Counted from the stretch's first letter, positions 19,752-28,977 are shown. The stretch is 64,000 nt of DNA from Patescibacteria group bacterium (GCA_019744845.1 JAIETW010000001.1:12623-76622); one strand, 5' to 3'. Notes: generated by a model not told the origin, from the sequence alone. Translations and numbers: made by a program.

Positions 19752-19808
19752 ATTTGACAATACCTATATATGTGTCTTAGGGCCCCTCTTGAGGCCTTAG
19801 ACCCTGTA

Positions 19809-19837
19809 TTTACATATATACGCTTTTCGGGTAGAGT
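19809..19837 (+). promoter_or_regulatory. sigma70-like promoter for rplU (TTTACA, 17 bp spacer, TAGAGT)
   Basis: -10 ends 9 nt before the rplU ATG, implying a very short leader or a leaderless transcript. Confidence 0.35.
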
Positions 19838-19846
19838 AGCCGGATT

Positions 19847-20179
19847 ATGGATATCGCAGTAGTAAAGACCGGAGGTAAACAGTTTGTCGTCTCCAAGGGC
19901 TCAGTCATCACGATTGAGAAGCTTGGACGTGGTATTAACACCCAGGACCTTAAGAAGGGTGATGTAGTGACCTTTGACGAGGTGCTTATGACCGACAACG
20001 GTTCTGATGTCACGCTTGGTACTCCTTCTGTAAAGGGAGCCTCAGTAAAGGCAACCGTACAGGTAGTCGGACGTGCAAAGAAGATTGACGTCGTGAAGTA
20101 CAAAGCAAAGAGCCGCTACTTGAAACGCCGTGGCCACCGCCAGCCGTTTATCAAGGTAAAGGTAGATTCAGTCGGCTAA
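19847..20179 (+). CDS. rplU: 50S ribosomal protein L21
   Basis: 'MDIAVVKTGGKQFVVSKGSVITIEKL', 110 aa. Confidence 0.95.
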   Translation: MDIAVVKTGGKQFVVSKGSVITIEKLGRGINTQDLKKGDVVTFDEVLMTDNGSDVTLGTPSVKGASVKATVQVVGRAKKIDVVKYKAKSRYLKRRGHRQPFIKVKVDSVG

Positions 20180-20186
20180 CCCTTAG

Positions 20187-20212
20187 AACTCCCGCTCCAT
20201 GCGGGAGTTTTT
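20187..20212 (+). terminator. rho-independent terminator after rplU
   Basis: aactcccgc-tccat-gcgggagtt hairpin followed by TTTTT. Confidence 0.75.
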
Positions 20213-20228
20213 CTTATATACTGTTCCT

Positions 20229-21014
20229 ATGTCTGAAGGTCCCCATACAAAGCTCACGGAAGTAGGCAAGATGCTTCTCCCTGAACACCCAGTCGGGCAG
20301 ATCCCACTCGGAGAGATTGCAGAAGCGGATGAGAAAGCCTTGAGTGCCATGATCGCAAGCAGAGGCCTTGCCTTTGACGAGCTTCTGACCGATGAATGTA
20401 GAAATCATCCTGAAGCAGCAGGGAAGAATCGCTGGCCTCTTGAAGATCGTCTTCGCCTTGCGGTTATGTATGTGGATGGTCGTTCAATGGATGAGATAGC
20501 CCAGGTACTTACTGCAACACGCAAAGCACGAGGAGTTGATCGCGCTGTACGGTCGGGGACCGTAAAAGTGCAGGTTGGCGAATGGATGACTGACTACGCC
20601 GGAGACATTGGAGAGTCTGCTCGTTCATATCGTCGCTGGCACGCCATCATGGCACCTGAAGAGTCAGGGATAGAAGAAGAACTAAAGGTATTGGAAACTG
20701 AAGTATTTCATCTTCCACGTCATCTTATTTTCCATACAGTTGAAGAAACGTTAGATACTAGTTCTCGCCAACTTCCTGCAGCAGGAAAGGTAAAGGGGAA
20801 TGTACAGATGACTCATATCAAGATCGCGGTGAGACTTTTGTATATGAAATTCAAGCTCCATGCGTCAAGCCAGGAGCTTGTTGCAGAGGCGTATTCCATG
20901 TCAGGTACTCCTACTGATGAGGAGACCGTCAATAAGTTCACGCTCCGCCTCCTCACGAAACAAGCTAAAGCAGCAGTCGGTATCAAGCAAGGACGACCAC
21001 CTGCTAAGAAATAA
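20229..21014 (+). CDS. hypothetical protein, paralog A of a tandem pair, with sigma-70 region-4-like HTH segments
   Basis: Homologous to the next ORF ('LLPEHPVGQ', 'DGRS..EIA', 'RRWH'). 'LEDRLRLAVMYVDGRSMDEIAQVL...GTVKVQV' resembles ECF sigma region 4.2. Start moved to an internal Met to clear the rplU terminator. Confidence 0.55.
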   Translation: MSEGPHTKLTEVGKMLLPEHPVGQIPLGEIAEADEKALSAMIASRGLAFDELLTDECRNHPEAAGKNRWPLEDRLRLAVMYVDGRSMDEIAQVLTATRKARGVDRAVRSGTVKVQVGEWMTDYAGDIGESARSYRRWHAIMAPEESGIEEELKVLETEVFHLPRHLIFHTVEETLDTSSRQLPAAGKVKGNVQMTHIKIAVRLLYMKFKLHASSQELVAEAYSMSGTPTDEETVNKFTLRLLTKQAKAAVGIKQGRPPAKK

Positions 21015-21025
21015 TTACTCTACGT

Positions 21026-22129
21026 ATGCACCTTGGTTCACGAGAAGGGAGAGCTCCATTTGCAAAGGTAAAGTCTGCAGAACGCCGCACATTGCTTCCT
21101 GAGCCTCCGGTAGGTCAGCTTTCGGATCAAGAAATTATGAGCGCCGACATGAGCGGACTTAAACGTATTGCAGAAGGGCGCGGTTTGAATGCTGAGGAGC
21201 TATTTAACCCAGAGCGTTGGAGTCGCATGGGTAACGCACGAGAGCTTGCCATTAGTCCTTTCTGGACCCGCGAAAATAACATACGTTTTGCGCTTTTGCA
21301 GATGGACGGCCGATCTGCCGCCGAACTCATGAGTATCTTCAAGATTACTGAACCTGCTGCGCAGGGACGTATGACCAGTATGCGTAAGTGGCTACGAGAG
21401 GAATATAGAGATATTCCAGGTGCTGCACGCATGACACGAAAGTGGCACGAGCTACTTAGTCCTCCTGATGCGGAGTCTGAGAAAATGTTAAGAGAGCTCC
21501 AGCGCAGATGTGCACACATACCTCGGGATCAAATGTTTGTGCACCCCCGAGATCGGACGGGAAATTCCAGTGAGCGTCAAAATGGTGGACGTTCTATGTC
21601 GGAGCGCACGATGCTTGATTACGATGTGGTTATTCAAGTACTCCACATGCGTTTTATACAAAAGAAATCTCCGCAGGAGATTGTGGCGTCTCTTGATCCC
21701 GAGCTTGGCCCGAGAACGATACGAGATTTAGATGCCTTGTATCCACGAGTCCTCACATATGACGCACGTGTCTTGTTTGGGATGGAGGTACACAAACCGT
21801 GGATGCTGAAGGAATACAGGACTGCAGCGGAAATGTTTATACAGAACGAGGCAATTCCTTACGCTGATATAGCAAAAGCACTAAAGCGACAGAAAGCAGC
21901 AACAATGCAGGGCATACGACAAGCGGGACTTCGCCTCATTGCCGAACAACCAAAGTATCAGGGCGAACACTTTCTTGTCGCGTTCCTTCTAGAATACGGT
22001 CCACCGCATCTGTTTCCTGAGAATGAAGATAGGCGCGTAGTGGCCGAGCGTATACAAAAACTCCATGCCCTGGATGATTCGTCACCAATTGCTCCCGTGA
22101 ATAGAACAAAGAAAGAAGACGCAGCTTAA
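21026..22129 (+). CDS. hypothetical protein, paralog B of the tandem pair (367 aa)
   Basis: Shares 'LLPEPPVGQ', 'MDGRSAAEL', 'RKWHELLSPPDAESE' and a second HTH-like segment 'VVIQVLHMRFIQKKSPQEIVASL'. Confidence 0.55.
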   Translation: MHLGSREGRAPFAKVKSAERRTLLPEPPVGQLSDQEIMSADMSGLKRIAEGRGLNAEELFNPERWSRMGNARELAISPFWTRENNIRFALLQMDGRSAAELMSIFKITEPAAQGRMTSMRKWLREEYRDIPGAARMTRKWHELLSPPDAESEKMLRELQRRCAHIPRDQMFVHPRDRTGNSSERQNGGRSMSERTMLDYDVVIQVLHMRFIQKKSPQEIVASLDPELGPRTIRDLDALYPRVLTYDARVLFGMEVHKPWMLKEYRTAAEMFIQNEAIPYADIAKALKRQKAATMQGIRQAGLRLIAEQPKYQGEHFLVAFLLEYGPPHLFPENEDRRVVAERIQKLHALDDSSPIAPVNRTKKEDAA

Positions 22130-22728
22130 GTCTCCTGACGATTCTGGAGGGCACCCTTCAGTGTTTCTTTGTCGGCGTATTCAAGTTCTGAACCAGTGGC
22201 AAGACCACGGCCAAGCGCAGTAATCTTTACGTGATCACGGAACGGACGCAGAAGTTCCCGTACGCGGTCAGCCGTGTTCTCTCCTTCAGAGGTGGCAGAG
22301 AGTGCGAGCACTACTTCTTTGAGTCCATTCTTTACTCGTGCGTCTACCGTGCGTGCGAGTTCCTTTTCGCGAATCGCTCCTTTTCCAGAAAGGGTAAGCA
22401 CGCCTCCGAGTACGAAGTAGCGACCCTTGTAGGTACCTGCACGCTCCATCGCAGCAAGATCCTGGTCCTTCTCAAGCACGAGAAGAAGGGAATCATCACG
22501 AGAGGTGTCCGCGCAGTATGAACACTTCGGGCCTCCACCGTTCGCATAGCGCATACAGTCCACACACTGCTTCACGTCACTAGCAAGTTCCGTAATAGTG
22601 TTTCCAAGCTTTGCACGATCTCCTTGAGGGAGGGTGAGGAGGTGGTAGACGAAGCGTTTTGCCTGACGGGGACCGATGCCAGGGAAGCGCTCAAAGAGTC
22701 GGGCGAGTTCTTCTACGCGGTCAGCCAT
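22126..22728 (-). CDS. recR: recombination protein RecR
   Basis: HhH 'FPGIGPRQAKR', C4 zinc finger 'CVDCMRYANGGGPKCSYC', Toprim domain. Confidence 0.9.
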   Translation of the reverse strand: MADRVEELARLFERFPGIGPRQAKRFVYHLLTLPQGDRAKLGNTITELASDVKQCVDCMRYANGGGPKCSYCADTSRDDSLLLVLEKDQDLAAMERAGTYKGRYFVLGGVLTLSGKGAIREKELARTVDARVKNGLKEVVLALSATSEGENTADRVRELLRPFRDHVKITALGRGLATGSELEYADKETLKGALQNRQET

Positions 22729-22730
22729 AT

Positions 22731-24086
22731 CTAGAACTCAGTCGCGAGGTCACCGTAGCCAGAACGATCAACGGACATAAAGGTGGCACGCTTATCATCA
22801 AAGTGAAGCTCTACGCGCCCGGTCGGACCGTTACGGTGCTTTTCAATAAGAATCTCTGCCACGTTGGTTGGTTCTGCATCTGGATTACGCTTGTCTTCAC
22901 GATGGATGAACATCACCACGTCGGCGTCCTGTTCAATAGAACCAGAGTCGCGAAGATCTGAAAGGCGGGGCTTACCTCCACGTTGCTCCACGGCACGAGA
23001 GAGCTGGGAAAGAGCAAGCACGGGAACATTCAATTCACGTGCAAGAGACTTCAAGGAGCGAGAGATCTCGGTAACCTGCTGCACCATAGAATCTGAGTGC
23101 TTTGAACCGACTGGCTCCATGAGCTGGAGGTAGTCCACGACGATAAGACCAATACCGCGTTCACGCTTCAAGCGACGTGCAACCGCACGCATAGCAAGAA
23201 TGTTGTTCCCTGGCTTGTCGTCTATATAAATAGGAGCCTTAGAAAGAGTCTCTAGTGCATCACGAATCTTTGCGAAATCATCTTCTGCGCGCACTGCTCC
23301 TGTGCGCATCTTCCATGAATCCACATAGGATTCAGCGGCAAGCATACGATCTACCAATTGCTCGGAGCTCATTTCAAGTGAGAAGATTCCGACTGGAGTA
23401 CCGTGCTTCACTGCAGTGTTACGTGCGATATCAAGTGCGAGAGACGTCTTACCGACGGAAGGACGGGCAGCAAGAATGACGAGGTCTGATGGATGGAGAC
23501 CAGAGAGCATGTTGTCTAGTTCAGGGAATCCGGTTGGGATGCCGCGCACACCACCTTCTTTCTTAGACATGGCTTCAATGCGTTCCCACGCATCATCAAG
23601 TTTGTCAGCGATGGCGGTGAACTTATGAACACCCGTTCCGTTACTGACGGCCATCACTTTCTTCTCTGCCTCATCAAGGACCTCATCTGCTTCACGACTC
23701 TCGTCGTATGCCGCTTCGTTTATTTCATATGCTGCGCCAATGAGTTCACGCATCAAGTGCTTACGAGACACGAGCTCTGCGTAGTGGGCAAAGTTTCCTG
23801 GTGCAGGTGCGCTCCCTGCAAGTTCTGCAATATAGGCACGACCACCTGAACGTTCAAGGGAACCCTTGGTGGTAAGGCGTTCCGAAAGAGAAAGAATATC
23901 TATTGGCTCTCCGCGATCAGAGAGTTCTTTCATCGCTTCAAAGATCAAACGATGCTTCTCTGCATAAAAAGAATCCGGCATCACAGAATCGCCGATGTCA
24001 TGAATGGCATCGGGCTTCAAAAGAAGTGCGCCGAGAAGTCCGCGCTCTGCTTCAAGACTTTGTGGAGGAATGCGATCTGCGGCCAT
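22731..24086 (-). CDS. dnaB: replicative DNA helicase DnaB
   Basis: N-terminal 'LEAERGLLGALLL', Walker A 'ARPSVGKTSLALDIA', RecA-like C-terminal domain, 451 aa. Confidence 0.9.
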   Translation of the reverse strand: MAADRIPPQSLEAERGLLGALLLKPDAIHDIGDSVMPDSFYAEKHRLIFEAMKELSDRGEPIDILSLSERLTTKGSLERSGGRAYIAELAGSAPAPGNFAHYAELVSRKHLMRELIGAAYEINEAAYDESREADEVLDEAEKKVMAVSNGTGVHKFTAIADKLDDAWERIEAMSKKEGGVRGIPTGFPELDNMLSGLHPSDLVILAARPSVGKTSLALDIARNTAVKHGTPVGIFSLEMSSEQLVDRMLAAESYVDSWKMRTGAVRAEDDFAKIRDALETLSKAPIYIDDKPGNNILAMRAVARRLKRERGIGLIVVDYLQLMEPVGSKHSDSMVQQVTEISRSLKSLARELNVPVLALSQLSRAVEQRGGKPRLSDLRDSGSIEQDADVVMFIHREDKRNPDAEPTNVAEILIEKHRNGPTGRVELHFDDKRATFMSVDRSGYGDLATEF

Positions 24087-24100
24087 AGAGGCCTATTCTA

Positions 24101-25534
24101 CTATCTTTCCAGTCTGGTGAAGAGGGGTCCAGAAGCCGTGTCTTCAACACGATATCCACTGTTCTCTATGTGGATACGAAGTTCATCTGCACGGGCGTAG
24201 TCCTTCTGTTTCTTTGCTTCAACACGCTCTCTGTACATGGTCTGCACTGCCTCTGGGAGGTCCTCTAGGCCTATATGCGCGTCCTGTGGGGGCTCCATGA
24301 GGGAAAGGCCGAGAAGGGCATCGGCTTCAGTAAGGAGGCCCCATTTCTGTTCTATGGTCAGATCGTCGTCCCCAAGCGCCTTGAAGAGTGCGGCAAGCAC
24401 CTGAGGAGTTGCGAGGTCATCAAGGAAGATACTGCGAAGTTCTATCGCGTATGGAGAAGAGGATGCTTTGCCACGAGACTTCTTCTTTATGTCACGCGCA
24501 GTTTTCCAGAGTCCTTCAAGTCCTGTCTCCGCAGCTTTCAATGCTTCCCAAGAGAACGAAAGGGGAGTGCGGTAGTGGGCCTGCAGGAAGAAGTAGCGGA
24601 GTGCGAGGGGGTGGAACCCGCGTTCAATCACTTCGGAAAGCGTGTGGACGTTTCCAACTGACTTAGAAATCTTTGCTCCTTCAATCGTAAGGAAAGCGTT
24701 ATGCAGCCAGTAGCGTACAAAGGGTCTTCCACTTGCTCCTTCCGACTGCGCAATCTCATTGTTGTGATGCACGCTGATGTGATCTTGTCCGCCGGTGTGT
24801 ACGTCAATCGTTTCGCCAAGAAGGGCACGACTCATCGCAGAACACTCAATGCTCCATCCTGGATTACCTTCACCCCATGGTGAATCCCATTTCTGAAGAT
24901 CAGTGGGGCCTGCAAAGCGCCAGAGTGCAAAGTCGCGAGGATTCTTCTTGCCTTCGGTAGAGACACGGGTACCTGCCTGCTGCACGACTTCCTTTTGGTT
25001 CCCAAGTGTTCCATAGGAAGGGAAGAGTTCCGTATCAAAATAAATACCATCACTCGTTTTATACGTAAGACCTTTCATTTCAAGTGTCTTAATCATCTCT
25101 ATCTGTTGTGTGATGTATTCAGTGGCGCGAGGGAAGTGAATGTCTGAGAGATCAAGGTTCAGCGCCTTGATGTCATCTAGGTAGCGGGTGGCGTAGCGAT
25201 TGGCGATCTCTTCAGGAGTGGTCTTTTCTGCACGTGCACCCACTGCCATCTTGTCTTCACCCTCATCTCCATCACCAACCAAGTGTCCGACGTCAGTGAT
25301 GTTAATGACGCGGCGAAGCTGGTACCCAGCTGCTTTTAACGCTCGGGCAACGGTATCCGCAAAGACGGCAGCTCGGAGGTTACCTATATGCTGAGGACCA
25401 TACACCGTAGGACCACAGGAATAGAGGGTGGCACGACCTGCGACAAGCGGAAGAAACTGGTCTTTAGACCCCGAAAGGGTGTTCGTGAGAAAGAGGGGAA
25501 CGGTGACAGTCTTCTTTGTACTAAAAGGCCACAT
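24101..25534 (-). CDS. cysS: cysteinyl-tRNA synthetase
   Basis: 'CGPTVYGPQHIGNLR' (HIGH) and 'KISKSVGN' (KMSKS). The track ORF extends to 25579; the internal Met at 25534 is more plausible. Confidence 0.9.
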   Translation of the reverse strand: MWPFSTKKTVTVPLFLTNTLSGSKDQFLPLVAGRATLYSCGPTVYGPQHIGNLRAAVFADTVARALKAAGYQLRRVINITDVGHLVGDGDEGEDKMAVGARAEKTTPEEIANRYATRYLDDIKALNLDLSDIHFPRATEYITQQIEMIKTLEMKGLTYKTSDGIYFDTELFPSYGTLGNQKEVVQQAGTRVSTEGKKNPRDFALWRFAGPTDLQKWDSPWGEGNPGWSIECSAMSRALLGETIDVHTGGQDHISVHHNNEIAQSEGASGRPFVRYWLHNAFLTIEGAKISKSVGNVHTLSEVIERGFHPLALRYFFLQAHYRTPLSFSWEALKAAETGLEGLWKTARDIKKKSRGKASSSPYAIELRSIFLDDLATPQVLAALFKALGDDDLTIEQKWGLLTEADALLGLSLMEPPQDAHIGLEDLPEAVQTMYRERVEAKKQKDYARADELRIHIENSGYRVEDTASGPLFTRLER

Positions 25535-25600
25535 GTAGGATAGAAAAGGGCGTAAATGCCGACAAAAGAAGTATAGCATTATGATATAATTCTCTTATCT

Positions 25601-26860
25601 ATGACCTCTAAAACTCCGTCCAATCGTCGTTTTGGAGATCTTGCACGTGCGGCAGTGATTCTTGCCGTCGTCGTGGTTCTTTCTTTTGGTGCGGGAGTCG
25701 TCACCGGCGCAGGTACTGGGAATCGCATCTTTGCAGATGGTCTTCCACTTCTCGGAATGGGACTTGATTCCACTCCTGATACCACGGTAGATCTCTCCAG
25801 TTTCTGGAAAGCGTGGAATACGCTTGAAGGGCGATTTGTAGAAACCAGTGCAAGTTCCACACTTCCTACTGCACAGGAACGAATCTGGGGCGCAATTCAG
25901 GGGCTCGCTGCCTCATATGGGGATCCATACACCATTTTCCTTGCGCCAGAAGATGCAAAGATCTTTAAGGACGACATCACCGGTAACTTCAGTGGTATTG
26001 GTGCAGAGATTGGTCTGAACGAAGACGGAGTGCTTACCGTTATTGCACCGCTCAAGAACTCTCCTGCAGAAAAAGCGGGACTTGAAGCAGGTGACAACAT
26101 CCTCTCTATTGGAGATGTAGATACCGCAGGGATGACGGTAGACGAGGGAGTGAAGTACATTCGTGGCGATAAGGGTACCCCAGTCACCTTCCGCGTACTT
26201 CGCAGTGGGGAAGTGATTGAGATCACTATCATCCGCGACATCATTCAGGTGCCTACGCTTGATAAGGAATACAATGCAGAGACGGGTATCTACACCATCA
26301 CGCTCCACAGTTTTACCGCAACCGCGAATCGTTTGTTTGCGGATGCACTTTCTGATTTCCGTAAGACCGGCTCTACCAAGCTTTTGATTGATCTTCGTGG
26401 AAACCCAGGAGGATATCTTTCCTCAGCGGTACAGATTTCCAGTCGCTTCCTTCCGAAGGGAGAAGTCATTGTCACTGAAGACTATGACGGTAAGCGCGAT
26501 AACCTCATCCACCGTTCTTCTGGCACAGGGGGAGTGAACGCAGGAACAAAGATTGTCATTTTGATAGACAAGGGATCTGCGTCCGCCTCTGAGATTGTGG
26601 CAGGTGCACTTCGTGACCATGAAGTGGCGACGTTGATTGGTACGAAATCATTTGGAAAAGGATCGGTACAGGAACTCATTGATGTGGATGGTGGTGCACT
26701 GAAGATCACCATCGCGCGCTGGGTGACTCCATCAGGTGACTCCATTTCCGCAGGAGGACTTACCCCTGATATTGAAGTAGAGCGCACTCCAGAAGAGAAG
26801 AAGGCAGGAAAGGATCCACAAAAGGATCGTGCAGTGCAGTTCCTTCTCACGGGGAAGTAA
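25601..26860 (+). CDS. ctpA: carboxy-terminal processing protease (S41) with PDZ domain
   Basis: N-terminal TM/signal region, PDZ 'GIGAEIGL', S41 'DLRGNPGGYL'. Confidence 0.85.
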   Translation: MTSKTPSNRRFGDLARAAVILAVVVVLSFGAGVVTGAGTGNRIFADGLPLLGMGLDSTPDTTVDLSSFWKAWNTLEGRFVETSASSTLPTAQERIWGAIQGLAASYGDPYTIFLAPEDAKIFKDDITGNFSGIGAEIGLNEDGVLTVIAPLKNSPAEKAGLEAGDNILSIGDVDTAGMTVDEGVKYIRGDKGTPVTFRVLRSGEVIEITIIRDIIQVPTLDKEYNAETGIYTITLHSFTATANRLFADALSDFRKTGSTKLLIDLRGNPGGYLSSAVQISSRFLPKGEVIVTEDYDGKRDNLIHRSSGTGGVNAGTKIVILIDKGSASASEIVAGALRDHEVATLIGTKSFGKGSVQELIDVDGGALKITIARWVTPSGDSISAGGLTPDIEVERTPEEKKAGKDPQKDRAVQFLLTGK

Positions 26861-26863
26861 CAT

Positions 26864-27793
26864 ATGGCACAGCCTGGACTTGAAGGATTGCGAGGACGAG
26901 ACAATGTCTCGGAGATTGTGACCTTTGAACTTGGTCCTGACCATGCACCGCTCACGCTATTGCCTGAGGAAACGGAAAGAGGAAAAGAGGTACATGCGAA
27001 TGTGCTTGGTGCACTACGTCCGACAGCATACTGTGTGCCGGGCATGGATTCTGGACAACTTACGCGTGCAGTAGACGACAATCCTGAAGAGCATTTTACG
27101 TACAGTAATTCCCTCGTGCGGGTTGCGTATCAGGAAGGAAGGCCGGTGTACCTCATTGGTGGACACATGCCGGATATTCTTCGTGATGTGGGTCCGGATA
27201 CTCTCCGCAAAGTTAATCACTGGCCACGTATTATTGCCGCTGGAACCTTGGTCACAATGGCGGCGCACATGGCGACCCCTCCCAAACCTGAGACTCAGAC
27301 ACGCCGTGCGTTTCTTAAGGGAAGCATAGTGCTCGGCGCTGCGGCGACACTCTATGCGTCGTTCTTTCCAAATGGAGTGGGAGACGATGACATAGAGGAG
27401 CGCCTTGCTCGGTATTCAGAAGAAGATCTAGAGACGATGGTGCAGTGGTACAAGACGCTCCGAGGGTTTTCTAACCTCGTACTTGCGACGAAGCTCACGG
27501 AAGTAGCACGACTTCATGGTCAGGTAGAGGGAGAGCATGTGCTTGCGCTCGCACCTCCGCACAATGACGGGCTACGCAGAGCGCTCCAGATTTCACCGGG
27601 GGAACGAGACGCGCTTATCCTAGATTTCCTCAAGAATGTCGTTGAGCCGATTGCTCAAGCAGGCTCTATAAGCGAGGAAGAGTATTCGTACCTTCTTGGT
27701 GTGATTGGTACTTTTATAGAAGCGCGTCCGGTACAGGATAGCCCTACACCGCAGTGGGAGGAGACCGAACACCCGGCGTTTGCGCTCTACTGA
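26864..27793 (+). CDS. hypothetical protein with an internal RRxFLK-plus-hydrophobic segment (309 aa)
   Basis: 'TQTRRAFLKGSIVLGAAATLYA' at about residue 150. Otherwise no known motif. Starts 4 nt after ctpA. Confidence 0.5.
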   Translation: MAQPGLEGLRGRDNVSEIVTFELGPDHAPLTLLPEETERGKEVHANVLGALRPTAYCVPGMDSGQLTRAVDDNPEEHFTYSNSLVRVAYQEGRPVYLIGGHMPDILRDVGPDTLRKVNHWPRIIAAGTLVTMAAHMATPPKPETQTRRAFLKGSIVLGAAATLYASFFPNGVGDDDIEERLARYSEEDLETMVQWYKTLRGFSNLVLATKLTEVARLHGQVEGEHVLALAPPHNDGLRRALQISPGERDALILDFLKNVVEPIAQAGSISEEEYSYLLGVIGTFIEARPVQDSPTPQWEETEHPAFALY

Positions 27794-27832
27794 TTTGCAG
27801 AAGTGCCCCAGGAAGGGTAGGATAGCCGAACT

Positions 27833-28258
27833 ATGAAAGTTGTAATGATTAAAGACGTAAAGGGCACTGGCCGCGCCAATACTGTCGTTGAGGTGAAAGA
27901 CGGCTACGCTATTAACTTCCTTTTCCCACGTAAGGCAGCCGTTCCGGCTTCCGGAGATGCGGTAAAGCGTGCAGAGGCAATGCAGAAGCAGTTTGCAGAC
28001 CGTCGTGAGCTTGATGCCAAGCTTATCGCTGAGCGCCTTGCCGCCCTTGCTGAAGATCGCATTGTCTTTGTGAAGAAGGCGAACGAGCAGGGACACCTGT
28101 ATGATGCTGTAGATGCCAAGGAGATTGCTGAGAAGGCACAGCTCCCAGTAGATGCAATTTCTATTGAGCGCCCATTCAAGGAGCTCGGTACCTTTGAGGT
28201 TCCCGTAGCCTACGGAGAGAACTTCGGAAAAATCACCATCGTTGTAGAAGCTGAATAA
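27833..28258 (+). CDS. rplI: 50S ribosomal protein L9
   Basis: 'MKVVMIKDVKGTGRANTVVEVKDGYAINFLFP'. Confidence 0.9.
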   Translation: MKVVMIKDVKGTGRANTVVEVKDGYAINFLFPRKAAVPASGDAVKRAEAMQKQFADRRELDAKLIAERLAALAEDRIVFVKKANEQGHLYDAVDAKEIAEKAQLPVDAISIERPFKELGTFEVPVAYGENFGKITIVVEAE

Positions 28259-28276
28259 GTTTCAGGAGAGACGAAA

Positions 28277-28304
28277 GAAAAACCCCGCTTTCGGCGGGGT
28301 TTTT
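28277..28304. terminator. bidirectional intrinsic terminator between convergent rplI and rpmA
   Basis: AAAAAA-ccccgc-tttcg-gcgggg-TTTTT. A-tract and T-tract flank a GC hairpin. Confidence 0.75.
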
Positions 28305-28306
28305 AC

Positions 28307-28579
28307 TTAGATAACGTTCGCTACTTTGCGGCGGGTGATGCTTCCGTCAAACTTCATTTTACGCTTCTCAGTGTAGGAAACCTTACCCGTCGTCATTGCG
28401 AAGAGGGTGTGATCCTTTGCGACGCGTACGTTCTTTCCTGCCATGATCTTCGTACCGCGCTGGCGGACGATGACCATACCTGGGCGAGCTGCAGCGCCGT
28501 TACCGAGCTTAATACCAAGGTATTTTGGCTTTGAGTCGCGTACGTTCTTTGTTGAGCCTCCGGCTTTTGTTGATGCCAT
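28307..28579 (-). CDS. rpmA: 50S ribosomal protein L27
   Basis: '[25 protein letters not shown]'. Start taken at the internal Met; the track ORF runs to 28636. Confidence 0.9.
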   Translation of the reverse strand: MASTKAGGSTKNVRDSKPKYLGIKLGNGAAARPGMVIVRQRGTKIMAGKNVRVAKDHTLFAMTTGKVSYTEKRKMKFDGSITRRKVANVI

Positions 28580-28593
28580 AGTGGTATGCTGTT

Positions 28594-28965
28594 GTGACGA
28601 TGAATATAGCAGAGATAGGCCGTCAAAGCAAGGCAATGCTCTCTCGGGTCCCTACCGACGCCCTCTATCTGACCCTCGTGGTTCTGGTCGCCATTGCGAG
28701 CTTCCAATTGGGCATGCTGAACGAGCGACAGACCGGGGGAGAGGCTGAGTTCAGTATTGAGTATCTGGGAGCCTCTGCCGCCACTCCAAGCCTTCCTGAG
28801 GCCGTAGGAGGGGTGTATGTGGGGTCAGTGAATGGGACTAAGTACCATCTCCCGAGCTGCCCCGGAGCCCGGACTATCTCTGAAGGGAACAAGATCTGGT
28901 TTGCCTCAAAAGCAGAGGCTGAAGCGGCAGGATATACCCCAGCAGCGAACTGCAAGGGGATATAA
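28594..28965 (+). CDS. membrane-anchored protein with C-terminal Ada-like metal-binding domain
   Basis: TM helix '[14 protein letters not shown]'. C-terminal '[38 protein letters not shown]' parallels the Ada N-terminal 'FCRPSCRAR...FYANASEALAAGFRPCKRC'. Confidence 0.5.
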   Translation: MTMNIAEIGRQSKAMLSRVPTDALYLTLVVLVAIASFQLGMLNERQTGGEAEFSIEYLGASAATPSLPEAVGGVYVGSVNGTKYHLPSCPGARTISEGNKIWFASKAEAEAAGYTPAANCKGI

Positions 28966-28977
28966 TACGAAGACTTT

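Noticed and set aside
19754-19759. TTGACA hexamer downstream of rmuC as a -35 element
   Set aside because: No acceptable -10 at 16-18 bp spacing. The TTTACA/TAGAGT pair further downstream fits better.
19776-19800. GGCC-N8-GGCC hairpin after rmuC as a terminator
   Set aside because: Only a 4-bp stem and no following T-tract.
26482-27081. 199-aa minus-strand ORF overlapping ctpA and the downstream unknown gene
   Set aside because: Antisense and low-complexity (Ser/Pro-rich).
27275-27340. RRxFLK motif as a genuine N-terminal Tat signal
   Set aside because: It is about 150 residues into an uninterrupted ORF. Kept only as an observation that a fusion or frameshift should be checked.
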